Made by a program: the position numbers and the translations under genes
Shown: positions 19,642 through 29,503 of the stretch, in pieces
Layout of the letters: each line of letters begins with the position of its first letter
Numbering within the stretch: position 1 is the stretch's first letter
The notes under the pieces: model-generated
What the model saw: only the letters and a program-made list of their open reading frames with translations
The model's database searches: none
Told to the model about the DNA's origin: nothing
Source of the DNA: an uncultured Bacteroides sp.
GTDB taxonomy: Bacteria > Bacteroidota > Bacteroidia > Bacteroidales > Muribaculaceae
Reading direction: 5' to 3'
Assembly: GCA_964600585.1 (NCBI GenBank)
Contig: CAZRJT010000001.1
Span: forward strand, 1 to 61,099
Length of the DNA stretch: 61,099 nucleotides

Positions 19642-20985
19642 TTAGAATCTGTTTTTATTGAAATATTTGCGCCAGAATTTATTCAGTTTGAAAAATGGCA
19701 TATCTTCATTGCATTCGGCCACAAACAACCATTCGGGGTCGTTGTAGTCTACGTCCCATTTATGCACGTCCTGAAGTTTGAACGTCGGGTGGTAGTGCTT
19801 TATCTTATAGAGTTTGTGCCCCTCACGGTCGTATGTTTTCCAGGCCATGGCCACAGTGTGCAGCCTGATTATTTCGGCACTGAGCAACGGTTGCGTAAGG
19901 CCCATGTTTATTAGATGCTGCACTTGCTGCAATGTGAAGAACTGATAGGATTTGAACTCTTCTTTTATTTTTTCCTGCTCTTCGTTGGTGAGGAAGCATA
20001 GGAAATGGAATATGTTGCAGTCGGCATTAGCACTTACATTCGAATACATAAACCTCATTTTCACGCCTGACAGATGTGACATTCCGTTAAAATAGAATTC
20101 AGCATCCGTTAGGCTTACGTCCTTACGGTATGGGATATAAAGAGATGCCGGAGTGTCGAATTTGTTGTCGCTCATATCGGATATGAAATCCGGATCAGTC
20201 TCCGGCACGCGCAGGCATATTGAATTGTCCGAAATTATCAGGAACCGTATGAGCGATGAAGCTCCATGGCGTTTTGCGCTTCCTTCGATGTTCTGGTCGT
20301 AGTATTTCCATATTCCGATATATCGCATGCCGGTGAATATGGCAGCAATGAAAAACATTAGAGTTGGAACTACGAAGAAAAAGAACTTGTCGGGAACGTT
20401 GAGGTTCACGTTGATATAAAGCACCAAATAATATATATAGGCTCCAATGCTTATCAATAGCGTCAGGATGAATAGCAACCTGATTTGATATTCACTTTCT
20501 TGTTTGAGAAGTATGCCCAGGAATCCTCGTTCGGCCGGTGTGCCGTAGCGTCGACGGCAGTCGCGGCAAAACGAATATTTGTTCCCCCTCCAAGACGTCC
20601 ACGCTGTAATCACCACTGCCACCGGGTTGATTATTAGCATCGTGATGAACGGAATGTCGGTATTGAGTGTCTCAGGGTCAAATAGCAGGTTAATCAATTC
20701 TTTGGCGTATAGGAAGTTGATTATTAGCATTATGACTCCGGAGAAAAATAGGATTCTTACGGTGATGAATGGAATGAGATAGCACACCGGGATGCGCGCG
20801 TGTCTGTTGCGCTGCACTAAAAATGAGACGGCAAGCCCTAACGAGAATGCGATGATTGGCATCATCGTAGGTGGTACGACAAGAGATATGATGACGAGAA
20901 ATGTCAAAGAACCGGTGGCAATGACCCAATTGAGCCATAGCAGCAGCATTCCGTGTCCGTTGTCTAATCGTCGTTGGTGTTCCAT
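19642..20985 (-). CDS. Hypothetical integral membrane protein with CxxC loop and soluble C-terminal domain
   Basis: About 6 TM helices, FCRDC in a loop, and a ~220-aa hydrophilic C-terminus. Confidence 0.75.
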   Translation of the reverse strand: MEHQRRLDNGHGMLLLWLNWVIATGSLTFLVIISLVVPPTMMPIIAFSLGLAVSFLVQRNRHARIPVCYLIPFITVRILFFSGVIMLIINFLYAKELINLLFDPETLNTDIPFITMLIINPVAVVITAWTSWRGNKYSFCRDCRRRYGTPAERGFLGILLKQESEYQIRLLFILTLLISIGAYIYYLVLYINVNLNVPDKFFFFVVPTLMFFIAAIFTGMRYIGIWKYYDQNIEGSAKRHGASSLIRFLIISDNSICLRVPETDPDFISDMSDNKFDTPASLYIPYRKDVSLTDAEFYFNGMSHLSGVKMRFMYSNVSANADCNIFHFLCFLTNEEQEKIKEEFKSYQFFTLQQVQHLINMGLTQPLLSAEIIRLHTVAMAWKTYDREGHKLYKIKHYHPTFKLQDVHKWDVDYNDPEWLFVAECNEDMPFFKLNKFWRKYFNKNRF

Positions 20986-21016
20986 AGGCGAATTGTGAAT
21001 CTGATTTTATCGGTGT

Positions 21017-23209
21017 TTATTTCATATTTTTATTGAAGTAGTCTAGCATACGTGCGTATACGACACTCGATGAATTGCAGCCATTGATTGAGTGATTCAT
21101 ATTAGGGAATATAAGTAGGTCGCACCACGTACCGGCTGCTTCGAGGGCTGACACATATTGCACCGTATTGAAGTAATGGACATTGTCATCAGCCGTACCG
21201 GTCATAACCAGTATTGGGCAACGAACATTCTTAATTAGATTCATAGGAGTGCTAATATTGTATCCTTCATCATTTTCCTGAGGCGTGAGCATATAACGCT
21301 CGGTATAGATTGAGTCGTAATAGCGCCAGTTTGTCACGGGGGCCACAGATACGGCGGCTGCATACGGGGCATCGGGTTGAGAGCTGGCCATCAATGTTTC
21401 AAATCCGCCATAGCTCCAACCGTGGATGCCGATTCGTGACGGGTCGACGTAGGGGAGCGATGCGGCGTATTTGGCTGCGCTTATCTGGTCGATTGACTCG
21501 TAATGGCCCAGGTTTTTGTATACAACGTCCATAAATTCGCGGCCTCGTCCGCCTGTGCCTCGTCCATCGACACATATGATTATATAGCCTTGCGTCGCAA
21601 AATAGTAAGTCCAATTTATGCCCCACTGATTTAGGACTTGCTGGGAGCCCGGTCCGCTATATTGATACATAATGACCGGATAGCGTTTCGATTGATTGAA
21701 ATCAGCCGGTTTTATCATATATCCATTAAGGGTTATGCCGTCGTGTGACATCGTAAAGAATTCTTTTTTAGGCGCATTGGCATATCGGGCGGCGTATGTT
21801 GCATTATTTTCGAGAACTTTAATCTCTTTTCCTGCGGCATTATACAATGTATGGACCGGAGGGGTCAACGCAGTGCTGTGGGAAAGCGTGTAATATGCCA
21901 TGTCGGGGCTGAATCGGGCCGATGCTGTGCCTTCGGTCGGCGACAGGTCAGTGATTTTGCCTTTTTTGTCGATGAAGCTTACCACGCGGTTGATGGCACC
22001 TGACACGGTCGATTGGTAGAAGTGGCAATCGCGCTTGCTGTCATAACCATAATAGTCGGTAACGTCGTAGTCGCCAGAGGTAATCTGCTGTTCCAATGCT
22101 CCGGCATAAGAATAGCGATAAAGATGGTCGTAGCCCGTACGCGATGAGAAGATGACGAAGAAGGTCGGATAATAGTGGATGTTTTCATAAGTTTTAGGCG
22201 ACAGCCAAGCCTTGTATTCTTCTACGAGAAGCGATTTTGATACGGTGGATTTGGGATTGACCGAATACATTTCCATACGTGTTTGAGCCCTATTTAGGGT
22301 TGTTACGATAAGTCGGTCAGGAGAGAACGCATAAGTTATACGAGGTATGTATTCGATTCGGGAGTCGGGCAAGTCAATCTTCTTGGTCTTGCGGGTTTCC
22401 ACGTCATAAGAATGTACGGAAACAACCGAATTGTTTTGTCCGGCGACAGGGTATTTGTAAGTGAAAGCTCCGGGATAGAGCGCGTATCGAGTCATAGGAT
22501 TACAACTTCCTTCGTATAAAGGGAATGAAAACATCGGAACGTCAGACTCATTATATTTAATATAGCAGAGTGTCAGGTTGTCGGGTGCCCATGTCATAGA
22601 CGATTCTGTGGCAAATTCTTCCTGATAGGTCCAGTCGGGTATTCCGTTTATTATTTTATTCACTTCGCCGTCGGTGGTCACGGGAAGTTCAGTGCCATAA
22701 TCGAGCTTCTTTAAGTGGATGTTGTTGTCGGCTGCGGCAAATGCCACCATACGGCCGTCGGGTGAAAACAGGGGTGCTTGTTGGCGTTCGAATTCAGTTG
22801 ACAGTGGCTTGAGTAACCGCGTGCGGATTTCGTAAACATAATATATGGCATCAAATGAATGACGGTATATGTTGCGACGGTTGGTGTAGACCAGTATCTT
22901 TGTGCCTTCAGGGCTGAGGGTGTATCCTTCGATTCGCGATATTTTGCTTTCGCGGGTATTGTTGACGTCCATCACGGTTTCGATTTCGTTTCCGGTACGT
23001 GTGTCTATTTTCACTATTTTTGTTCCGTTAGCGGCCAATTGCAGATATTGCGAGCCATCCTGGAGATAATTGAATGGGGCCGGTGAGACAGAAGAGCGTA
23101 CACCTACGTATTTGTCGAGATCGGCAAAATCAGAAACGTTCACAGCTGAGGCTGTTAAGGATATAAGGCTTGACAAAGCCAAAGAAAGAACTGATTTTAT
23201 TATATGCAT
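21017..23209 (-). CDS. Dipeptidyl peptidase IV (S9B)
   Basis: DPP IV propeller with DWTYQEE, catalytic GWSYGG, GTADDNVH and NHSI. Confidence 0.93.
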   Translation of the reverse strand: MHIIKSVLSLALSSLISLTASAVNVSDFADLDKYVGVRSSVSPAPFNYLQDGSQYLQLAANGTKIVKIDTRTGNEIETVMDVNNTRESKISRIEGYTLSPEGTKILVYTNRRNIYRHSFDAIYYVYEIRTRLLKPLSTEFERQQAPLFSPDGRMVAFAAADNNIHLKKLDYGTELPVTTDGEVNKIINGIPDWTYQEEFATESSMTWAPDNLTLCYIKYNESDVPMFSFPLYEGSCNPMTRYALYPGAFTYKYPVAGQNNSVVSVHSYDVETRKTKKIDLPDSRIEYIPRITYAFSPDRLIVTTLNRAQTRMEMYSVNPKSTVSKSLLVEEYKAWLSPKTYENIHYYPTFFVIFSSRTGYDHLYRYSYAGALEQQITSGDYDVTDYYGYDSKRDCHFYQSTVSGAINRVVSFIDKKGKITDLSPTEGTASARFSPDMAYYTLSHSTALTPPVHTLYNAAGKEIKVLENNATYAARYANAPKKEFFTMSHDGITLNGYMIKPADFNQSKRYPVIMYQYSGPGSQQVLNQWGINWTYYFATQGYIIICVDGRGTGGRGREFMDVVYKNLGHYESIDQISAAKYAASLPYVDPSRIGIHGWSYGGFETLMASSQPDAPYAAAVSVAPVTNWRYYDSIYTERYMLTPQENDEGYNISTPMNLIKNVRCPILVMTGTADDNVHYFNTVQYVSALEAAGTWCDLLIFPNMNHSINGCNSSSVVYARMLDYFNKNMK

Positions 23210-23261
23210 ATTGGTGGGGTTTGATTGTTTTCAGTAGAGGTTATATTATAAAAGGGCGTCG

Positions 23262-24614
23262 TTACCATAACGATAGCTGTTTGTCGTCGTCGGGATGCGA
23301 TTTTCTGATAGGGGCTTTGTAACCGAAGTCGTCGTTCTCTTCATCCTTATCTTTCTTTTTGGGCAGTGGAGGTGCCACAAGCCAGTCGGTGCTGTCAATC
23401 ATATCGTCGATGGCTGATATTTTCGGCTTCTTGGGGCGTCCGCGTTTACGTTTGGGCTTAGGTTGCAATTCGTTTGCGGCGTATTCCGGTTCGGCCGGTT
23501 CGGTCTTGGCCTTTTGTTCGATGACCAAAGGTTGGGCCGGGTCAGATTCCAAGGATTCAGAAGAGTCCGGCGTAGTCTGTTTATTGTCGAGTTGGCGCGT
23601 AGCTTCAATCATTTTGCGCAATGTCTCTTCAGATTTCGAGTGTGCTTCAGCCGCTGCTTCCATCGAAGATTTGAGCGATTTTATTTCTGATTGCGCTTCT
23701 TCGTATTTTCTTGATGAGTCTGCGGCCTTTTTGCGCCATTCATTCAGCATGGCTTCGGATATTTGGCCTTTGGCCTTTGCCTGGTCTATCGATAATGTCA
23801 GCAATTCGATTTTTTTGTCGGCTTCAGACAGGTCTTTCTCCAGTTGTATATTCTTATTGGAGAGAGTTGACATTCTTTCCTCGATTCTGGCATTCGATTG
23901 TTTCAGCTCTTCGTTTATTTTTTCAAGCTCGGCATTCTCAGCTTTGAGCTCTGTTACAGTTTTGTTGAGCTCGTCGATTTTTGACGGATCGTAGTCGGAA
24001 TCGGCGCCCGGAACGGTACCGGTGACGCCTGCGATGCGCAATTTATTGAGCATGCTTCGGTTTTCAAGCTCGTATTGTTCTTTCTCAGCTGCCAGAGTTG
24101 CCACTTGATTGTCGAGGTCATGGATTCGTTCGTTCAAGGCGCGGCGTTGACGGTCGGCACTGAGTTTGGCGTTGCGCAATTCTTCCTGCTGGGTCTTCAT
24201 ACGGTTGTACTTCCCCTTTAGCTGATCCATCTCTTGAGCCAATTTTTCACGTTCACCTTCCCATCGTTGCACGCCGATGCGTCCGGCAATTTCAGTAGCT
24301 TCTTCAAGTTGCTGTCTGAGCGATGAATCAATGGCATTCATCAGATATTGCTTTTGGGCGTCGGTGTCGAGGCATTGCTTTACGAAATCGGGTTGGAAGT
24401 CGTTAAAAAGCTTAATGATGGCAGTGAAGATATTCCCAGATAACGTATTTATGTCGGGTTGGCTAAGTGCTGGTGCAGATGGAGCTTCGGAAGTGGACTC
24501 TGCCGAAGCACGTTCGACTTCAGACGATGTGCGAGCCTCGATGACCATATCTTCTTCGATATCATCATCAGGCGAAAAGCCGAATATCTTTTTTATGGAT
24601 CTAAAGAATGCCAT
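23262..24614 (-). CDS. Coiled-coil hypothetical protein
   Basis: Long heptad region, amphipathic N-terminus, KRKRGRPKK, and C-terminal QLSLW. Confidence 0.8.
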   Translation of the reverse strand: MAFFRSIKKIFGFSPDDDIEEDMVIEARTSSEVERASAESTSEAPSAPALSQPDINTLSGNIFTAIIKLFNDFQPDFVKQCLDTDAQKQYLMNAIDSSLRQQLEEATEIAGRIGVQRWEGEREKLAQEMDQLKGKYNRMKTQQEELRNAKLSADRQRRALNERIHDLDNQVATLAAEKEQYELENRSMLNKLRIAGVTGTVPGADSDYDPSKIDELNKTVTELKAENAELEKINEELKQSNARIEERMSTLSNKNIQLEKDLSEADKKIELLTLSIDQAKAKGQISEAMLNEWRKKAADSSRKYEEAQSEIKSLKSSMEAAAEAHSKSEETLRKMIEATRQLDNKQTTPDSSESLESDPAQPLVIEQKAKTEPAEPEYAANELQPKPKRKRGRPKKPKISAIDDMIDSTDWLVAPPLPKKKDKDEENDDFGYKAPIRKSHPDDDKQLSLW

Positions 24615-24627
24615 TGTTTAGTCGGTG

Positions 24628-27627
24628 TTATTCTTCTTGTATAAAGTGTTGATCGGTCATAGGGTCGCTATGCATAGGCTTGGCAACTACCCCCTGGCCT
24701 TTACGTCCATTGATGCCTATCGACAATGGAGTGTCGAATTGCACTATTCTTATGAATTCGCTTTCGTATGCAGCGGGGAGGGCGTTCAGATAGTCGACGT
24801 CATAGAACCCGTTATTTGACGTCTGGTCGATGGTGAAATATCCTACGCCAAACGAAGTCAGGTTTTGGAAGAAGTGAGTGCCTTGGCTTGGCTCGATGCG
24901 GTAATTTCCGATTGAAGACTCTACAATTAGTTTTGCGGATGCTATCTGCGGCCATTTGACCGGGATGCCCAATGCCGTATCGCTGGAGCCCCAGCGTCCA
25001 GGGCCGATAAGGATATATTGGATTCCTTCTGCTGTGAATTTGCGGTTGATCTTCTCAATTTCACGGGCAATTAATGAATTGTTCATAGAAGAGAATCGTT
25101 CGGGCCTAACGTACACCACCGTACGTATGTTCTCGATTGTCCCATGGCCTAATGCAGTGTTGCTTCGTAAGACGATTTTGTCGTCGGGAAGTTCGAGCAG
25201 ATGTTCGTCCACAAGCTCTTTGCGGTCAACGATTGGACGTATCTGAAGCCAATAAATGTGGCCTTTTGATTCGGTGCCATGCTCGATGGTTCCTGCGAAT
25301 TCGATTTCGACCGGACGCGACATATAATGCTGTCCGTTTTTGAGCATAAAGTTAACCGCTTCGGCTAATGGATAAACTTTATGCTTCAATATGTTATTGA
25401 ATGTCACAACACGCCGCCCCTCGCCAAAGTCGTTGTCGCGAAGCACGTTGTCACGGAAATCATAGGTCGATACCATATATCTCAGCGCCCCGGTCGGAGC
25501 GATGTCCTGAATCGATTTCTTTACGATGTTGAATCCATCATCGACTTTGAAGTCTTCGGTGATATTCCGCATATCAAGAGCGTACATGCGTGTCTGTGTG
25601 TCGCGCAGAGCCAAAGTGAGTTCCGACGTCTGAAGGGCGCAATCGGGATGAGGCGGCGAGAAGCGTAGCCCTACACCACCGTCGACGATATATTTTCCTA
25701 ATCCGACTGCTATTTCAGCCACTCCGTCCTCAGGTGTCTCACGTCCGATAGGATAGTAGTTTAGCGACCGTCCGACACCCGAAAATGATGGGAAGTAGTA
25801 GTCGCCTGCTTCATTTCCGACGACTTCCTGGATGATTACCGCCATTTTTTCTTGGTCGATTACGTTGCTGGTCGCGGTCATATAGGCTTTGCTGTCGGCG
25901 TAGAACACCGATGCGTATACGCCTTTTATGGCATCACTTAGCATTTTGAGCATTTCGTAGCGGTCATCGAGGTGCGGAATCATATACGTAGAATATATTC
26001 CGGCAAAAGGCTGGTAGTGCGAGTCCTCCAACAAGCTTGAGCTACGGATGGCCAATGGCTTGTCAATTACCTCGAATAAAGCAAAAAAGTCTTCGATAAG
26101 ACGTTCGGGCAATCGTGCCTGAAGAAATGTCTGCAATATGGTTTCGTCGGAAGCATCGCTAAGTGCCAGTGGATAGAGGTTGTTAGCCGACATAAATTCA
26201 TCGAATATGTCGGTGCATAACACCACCGTGCGTGGAATGGAGATGGTGATTCCGTCAAAATTATCGCAAATGGGGTTTTGTTTTATGATTTGGTCAATGA
26301 ACGCCAGTCCGCGTCCTTTGCCGCCAAGTGAGCCCTCTCCTATGCGTGCAAAGTTGGAATAGTGGTCGAAACGGTCTTTTTGAAAAACTGCCACGACGCC
26401 GCGGTTTTTCATTTTGCGGTATTTCACAATCAAATCAAAGAATAGTCGCCTTACTGCCGGTGCTTCTTCGAGATTGGTGAAGCGATGTTCCTTCACGACA
26501 TTTGCTATCGGGAATAGTGCACGTGAATATAGCCAACGTGATATGTCATTGCCCGACGCATGGTGGAAGAGTGCTTCTGCCGGAATTTCATTCAGGCGAT
26601 ACTGAAGGTCTTTGAGTGAGCGTATTCTGATGATTTCTTCCTTCGTGTCAGGATTGGTCATAACAAAGTCGCCAAATCCGAATTTGTCTTTGATCGCTTC
26701 GGCCAAGTCGACAGGGAGCTTCTTTGAGTTTTTGTCGATGAATGTGCAACCTAATTTGTTTACGGCATCTTCGTTTTCAGCTTCTGACGATTCAACGATT
26801 ATCGGGAGATATGGATTTTGCTCGTGCAGAAATTCGGCGAGACGCAATCCGGCTTTAGGGTCTTTTTCGCCATTCCGTTTAAACGAAACGTCGCTTATCA
26901 CTCCCAGAATGTTATTGCCATAGCGCTCATATATTTCCATCGCTTCTTCGTAATCGCGAGCGAGCATCACTTTTGACCGGCCGCGCATTCGAAGCATTTG
27001 TTCGTGGGCGTTTAGCGCTTCGGTCGATGATTCGTATGATTGCTTGAGCAGGTTTTTGTATATGTGAGGAAGCACTGACGAGTAGAACCTTACGGAGTCC
27101 TCGACCAGAAGAATGAGCTGTACGCCGACTTCGTTTATGTCGCGGTCGGCATTCAGTTTATCCTCAAGGAGCTTTATTATTGCCAACAGCAGGTCGACAT
27201 TTCCAAGCCAACTGAAAACATAGTCAATCGCCGATAGGTCTTCGTTGGACAAGCGTCGGGAGACTTCTTTCGAAAAAGGAGTGAGTACGATTATCGGAAT
27301 TGCGGGATATTGTTCTTTTATCTTTCGCGCACCGGCGAAAGTCTCGCTTAAATCGACTCCCGGCATAAGAATTATTAGGTCGAAGTTTTTTATGCTGAGT
27401 TGCTTTAGCGCGGCTTCTGAATCGGATACTTGGGTGATGCGCGGGGGCGAGCTAAGGTTTAGTGCAACGTATTCAAAATACAATTGCTCTTCTATGCGTC
27501 CGTCCTCTTCCATCATAAACGCATCATAGGGTGACGCGACAAGAAGCACGTTGAAAATTCGACGCTGCATAAGGTCGGCAAATGCAGTGTCTTTTAGATA
27601 CAGTTGGCTCAGTACATCCTCATTCAT
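24628..27627 (-). CDS. PEP/pyruvate-binding (PPDK_N) domain protein with two N-terminal receiver-like domains
   Basis: VLLVASPYD and ILLVEDS receiver-like segments; GGKGRGL, AIRSSSLLED, FAGIYST, MAVIIQEVVG and LQIRP ATP-grasp motifs. Promoter TACCTTTG at 27665-27672. Confidence 0.85.
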   Translation of the reverse strand: MNEDVLSQLYLKDTAFADLMQRRIFNVLLVASPYDAFMMEEDGRIEEQLYFEYVALNLSSPPRITQVSDSEAALKQLSIKNFDLIILMPGVDLSETFAGARKIKEQYPAIPIIVLTPFSKEVSRRLSNEDLSAIDYVFSWLGNVDLLLAIIKLLEDKLNADRDINEVGVQLILLVEDSVRFYSSVLPHIYKNLLKQSYESSTEALNAHEQMLRMRGRSKVMLARDYEEAMEIYERYGNNILGVISDVSFKRNGEKDPKAGLRLAEFLHEQNPYLPIIVESSEAENEDAVNKLGCTFIDKNSKKLPVDLAEAIKDKFGFGDFVMTNPDTKEEIIRIRSLKDLQYRLNEIPAEALFHHASGNDISRWLYSRALFPIANVVKEHRFTNLEEAPAVRRLFFDLIVKYRKMKNRGVVAVFQKDRFDHYSNFARIGEGSLGGKGRGLAFIDQIIKQNPICDNFDGITISIPRTVVLCTDIFDEFMSANNLYPLALSDASDETILQTFLQARLPERLIEDFFALFEVIDKPLAIRSSSLLEDSHYQPFAGIYSTYMIPHLDDRYEMLKMLSDAIKGVYASVFYADSKAYMTATSNVIDQEKMAVIIQEVVGNEAGDYYFPSFSGVGRSLNYYPIGRETPEDGVAEIAVGLGKYIVDGGVGLRFSPPHPDCALQTSELTLALRDTQTRMYALDMRNITEDFKVDDGFNIVKKSIQDIAPTGALRYMVSTYDFRDNVLRDNDFGEGRRVVTFNNILKHKVYPLAEAVNFMLKNGQHYMSRPVEIEFAGTIEHGTESKGHIYWLQIRPIVDRKELVDEHLLELPDDKIVLRSNTALGHGTIENIRTVVYVRPERFSSMNNSLIAREIEKINRKFTAEGIQYILIGPGRWGSSDTALGIPVKWPQIASAKLIVESSIGNYRIEPSQGTHFFQNLTSFGVGYFTIDQTSNNGFYDVDYLNALPAAYESEFIRIVQFDTPLSIGINGRKGQGVVAKPMHSDPMTDQHFIQEE

Positions 27628-27709
27628 TATGACGCGGGTTGTCGAATGTCGAAATAATTATTTACAAAGGTACGACATTTCGGCTAATTCCCACCTATAT
27701 TAAAAGAGA

Positions 27710-27752
27710 AAAATCTCCGATATATGGCGTGTAGCCATTTTTCGGAGATTTT
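27710..27752 (-). terminator. Terminator after trxB
   Basis: AAAATCTCCG/CGGAGATTTT stem flanked by A/T tracts. Confidence 0.7.
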
Positions 27753-27802
27753 TAATGGTGTCTTTTCGTCTGTGAATGGCCTTATATGGCCAAATATATC
27801 GA

Positions 27803-28744
27803 TTATTCTAATTCAGACAGATAACGTTCGGCATCGAGAGCCGCCTTGCAGCCACTGCCGGCAGCGGTTATGGCCTGACGATAACGATGGTCGGCGACGT
27901 CGCCGGCGGCAAAGACGCCGGGAATGTTTGTCAGTGTGGTGTCTGGTTCGGTCTTTATATAGCCTGTGTCGTCAAGTTTTATGTAAGGACGGAACACTTC
28001 TGTGTTGGGTTGATGGCCGATGGCAAGGAAGAAGCCATCTATCGTCAAGTCATAGTGGCGTTCGTCGTCAGTGCCAAGGTGCTCTACAAGATGCGCGCCT
28101 TCAAGCACTTCGTCGCCGTAAAGTCCGACGGTGTTGGTGTTGAACAGAACCTTTATGTTGGATTTGTCGAGAACTCGCCGCTGCATCACTTTTGAGGCGC
28201 GCAAATGACCTTTGCGAACGATAACATATACCTCAGATGCAATGTTGCTTAGATAAAGGGCTTCTTCGCATGCGGTATCGCCGCCGCCAACTACGGCTAC
28301 GCGTTTCTTCCGATAGAAAAATCCATCGCATGTGGCACAAGCCGACACGCCACGTCCGTTGAACTTTTGTTCATCCGGTAGTCCTAAATATTTGGCTGTG
28401 GCTCCGGTAGATATTATTACCGTATCGGCTATAATCTTAGTTCCGTCGTCGGCTATGGCCTCAAGAGGATGTACGTCGAAGTTCACTTGAGTTATGATTC
28501 CGGGTCTGATTTCGGCTCCAAATCGTTCGGCCTGCTTTTTAAGGTCGTCCATAAGCTGTGTGCCCGTAATGCCTTCGGTGTATCCAGGGAAATTTTCGAC
28601 TTCGGTGGTTATAGTCAATTGTCCTCCGGGCTGGTGGCCTTCGTACTGGATTGGATTCAGGTTGGCACGCGATGCATATATGGCAGCTGTGAATCCCGCC
28701 GGACCTGACCCGATGATGAGACACTTTGTTCTAACTTCATTCAT
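27803..28744 (-). CDS. trxB: Thioredoxin-disulfide reductase
   Basis: IIGSGPAG, GGQLTITTEVENFPG, CATC, GGGDTA and FAAGD. Confidence 0.96.
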   Translation of the reverse strand: MNEVRTKCLIIGSGPAGFTAAIYASRANLNPIQYEGHQPGGQLTITTEVENFPGYTEGITGTQLMDDLKKQAERFGAEIRPGIITQVNFDVHPLEAIADDGTKIIADTVIISTGATAKYLGLPDEQKFNGRGVSACATCDGFFYRKKRVAVVGGGDTACEEALYLSNIASEVYVIVRKGHLRASKVMQRRVLDKSNIKVLFNTNTVGLYGDEVLEGAHLVEHLGTDDERHYDLTIDGFFLAIGHQPNTEVFRPYIKLDDTGYIKTEPDTTLTNIPGVFAAGDVADHRYRQAITAAGSGCKAALDAERYLSELE

Positions 28745-28806
28745 ATTTTATATTGATTTTGGTTATTGGTTGTTCTATGCGGTCATAGGGGTGCTATGCA
28801 TTGCTC

Positions 28807-29415
28807 TTATCGCAGATCGTTAACATACACTCCTTTATGGTCGGATTGCTTGAACTTGAAATAGTCGGCGGGCATCGCTTTGCCGACCGAAGCGTTTTCA
28901 ATGGAGATGAGCGCTTTTCGATTGTCGTTCAATTCCAGCTCGATTGCCGTTGGCAGCGAATTGCCGTCGAGTGTGAGCACTGCCTTGCGTATGCGGGCCT
29001 TTGGCTGTTTGGCTGTCAGGAGCACTCGGGTCTTGCCTACGGGAGCTTTTTGGAGTGTGGCCTTGTAGTTGTTGCGAAATGAGTTTATGATAGCGAAAGC
29101 ATTTATCATTTGCAATTCTTCGGGTGTAGGTTCCGTTACATCTACTTCGTTGGTCTCAGGATTAAATGTCCATTGAGTCGAGCCGTCATACCACACGTCG
29201 ATATCGGGTGATTCGATTTTGAATCGTTCGTTTGCGGCAGTTATGCGTCCTGACGTGGTCATGCCGTCATTTTGTAGGATATAAGTGGCCGAAATGGACG
29301 GAGAAGTGCGAAATTTCTCAGCCGCTTTGTTTAGGGCAGATTCGGCATCATCCATTCCGCTGCATGGGATTATGCTGCAAGCTATTGAAATAAGTAGTGT
29401 TAGTAGGGGCTTCAT
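28807..29415 (-). CDS. LolA-like outer-membrane lipoprotein carrier
   Basis: WYDGSTQWTF...NEVDVTEP motif, in the conserved ftsK-lolA-trxB order. Start trimmed to 29415. Confidence 0.82.
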   Translation of the reverse strand: MKPLLTLLISIACSIIPCSGMDDAESALNKAAEKFRTSPSISATYILQNDGMTTSGRITAANERFKIESPDIDVWYDGSTQWTFNPETNEVDVTEPTPEELQMINAFAIINSFRNNYKATLQKAPVGKTRVLLTAKQPKARIRKAVLTLDGNSLPTAIELELNDNRKALISIENASVGKAMPADYFKFKQSDHKGVYVNDLR

Positions 29416-29503
29416 ATATCTGGAGTGGTAATTGATTTTTTTATTTATAACAACTGACCGGTTGCTATGGTTTTGCTGTGTCAAAGTGTTGCATCCCTTG
29501 TGC

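Noticed and set aside
23359-23994. 211-aa plus-strand ORF and similar long antisense ORFs (e.g. 55563-56408, 57504-58217, 60646-61092)
   Set aside because: They are shadows of well-supported opposite-strand genes, with no recognisable motifs.
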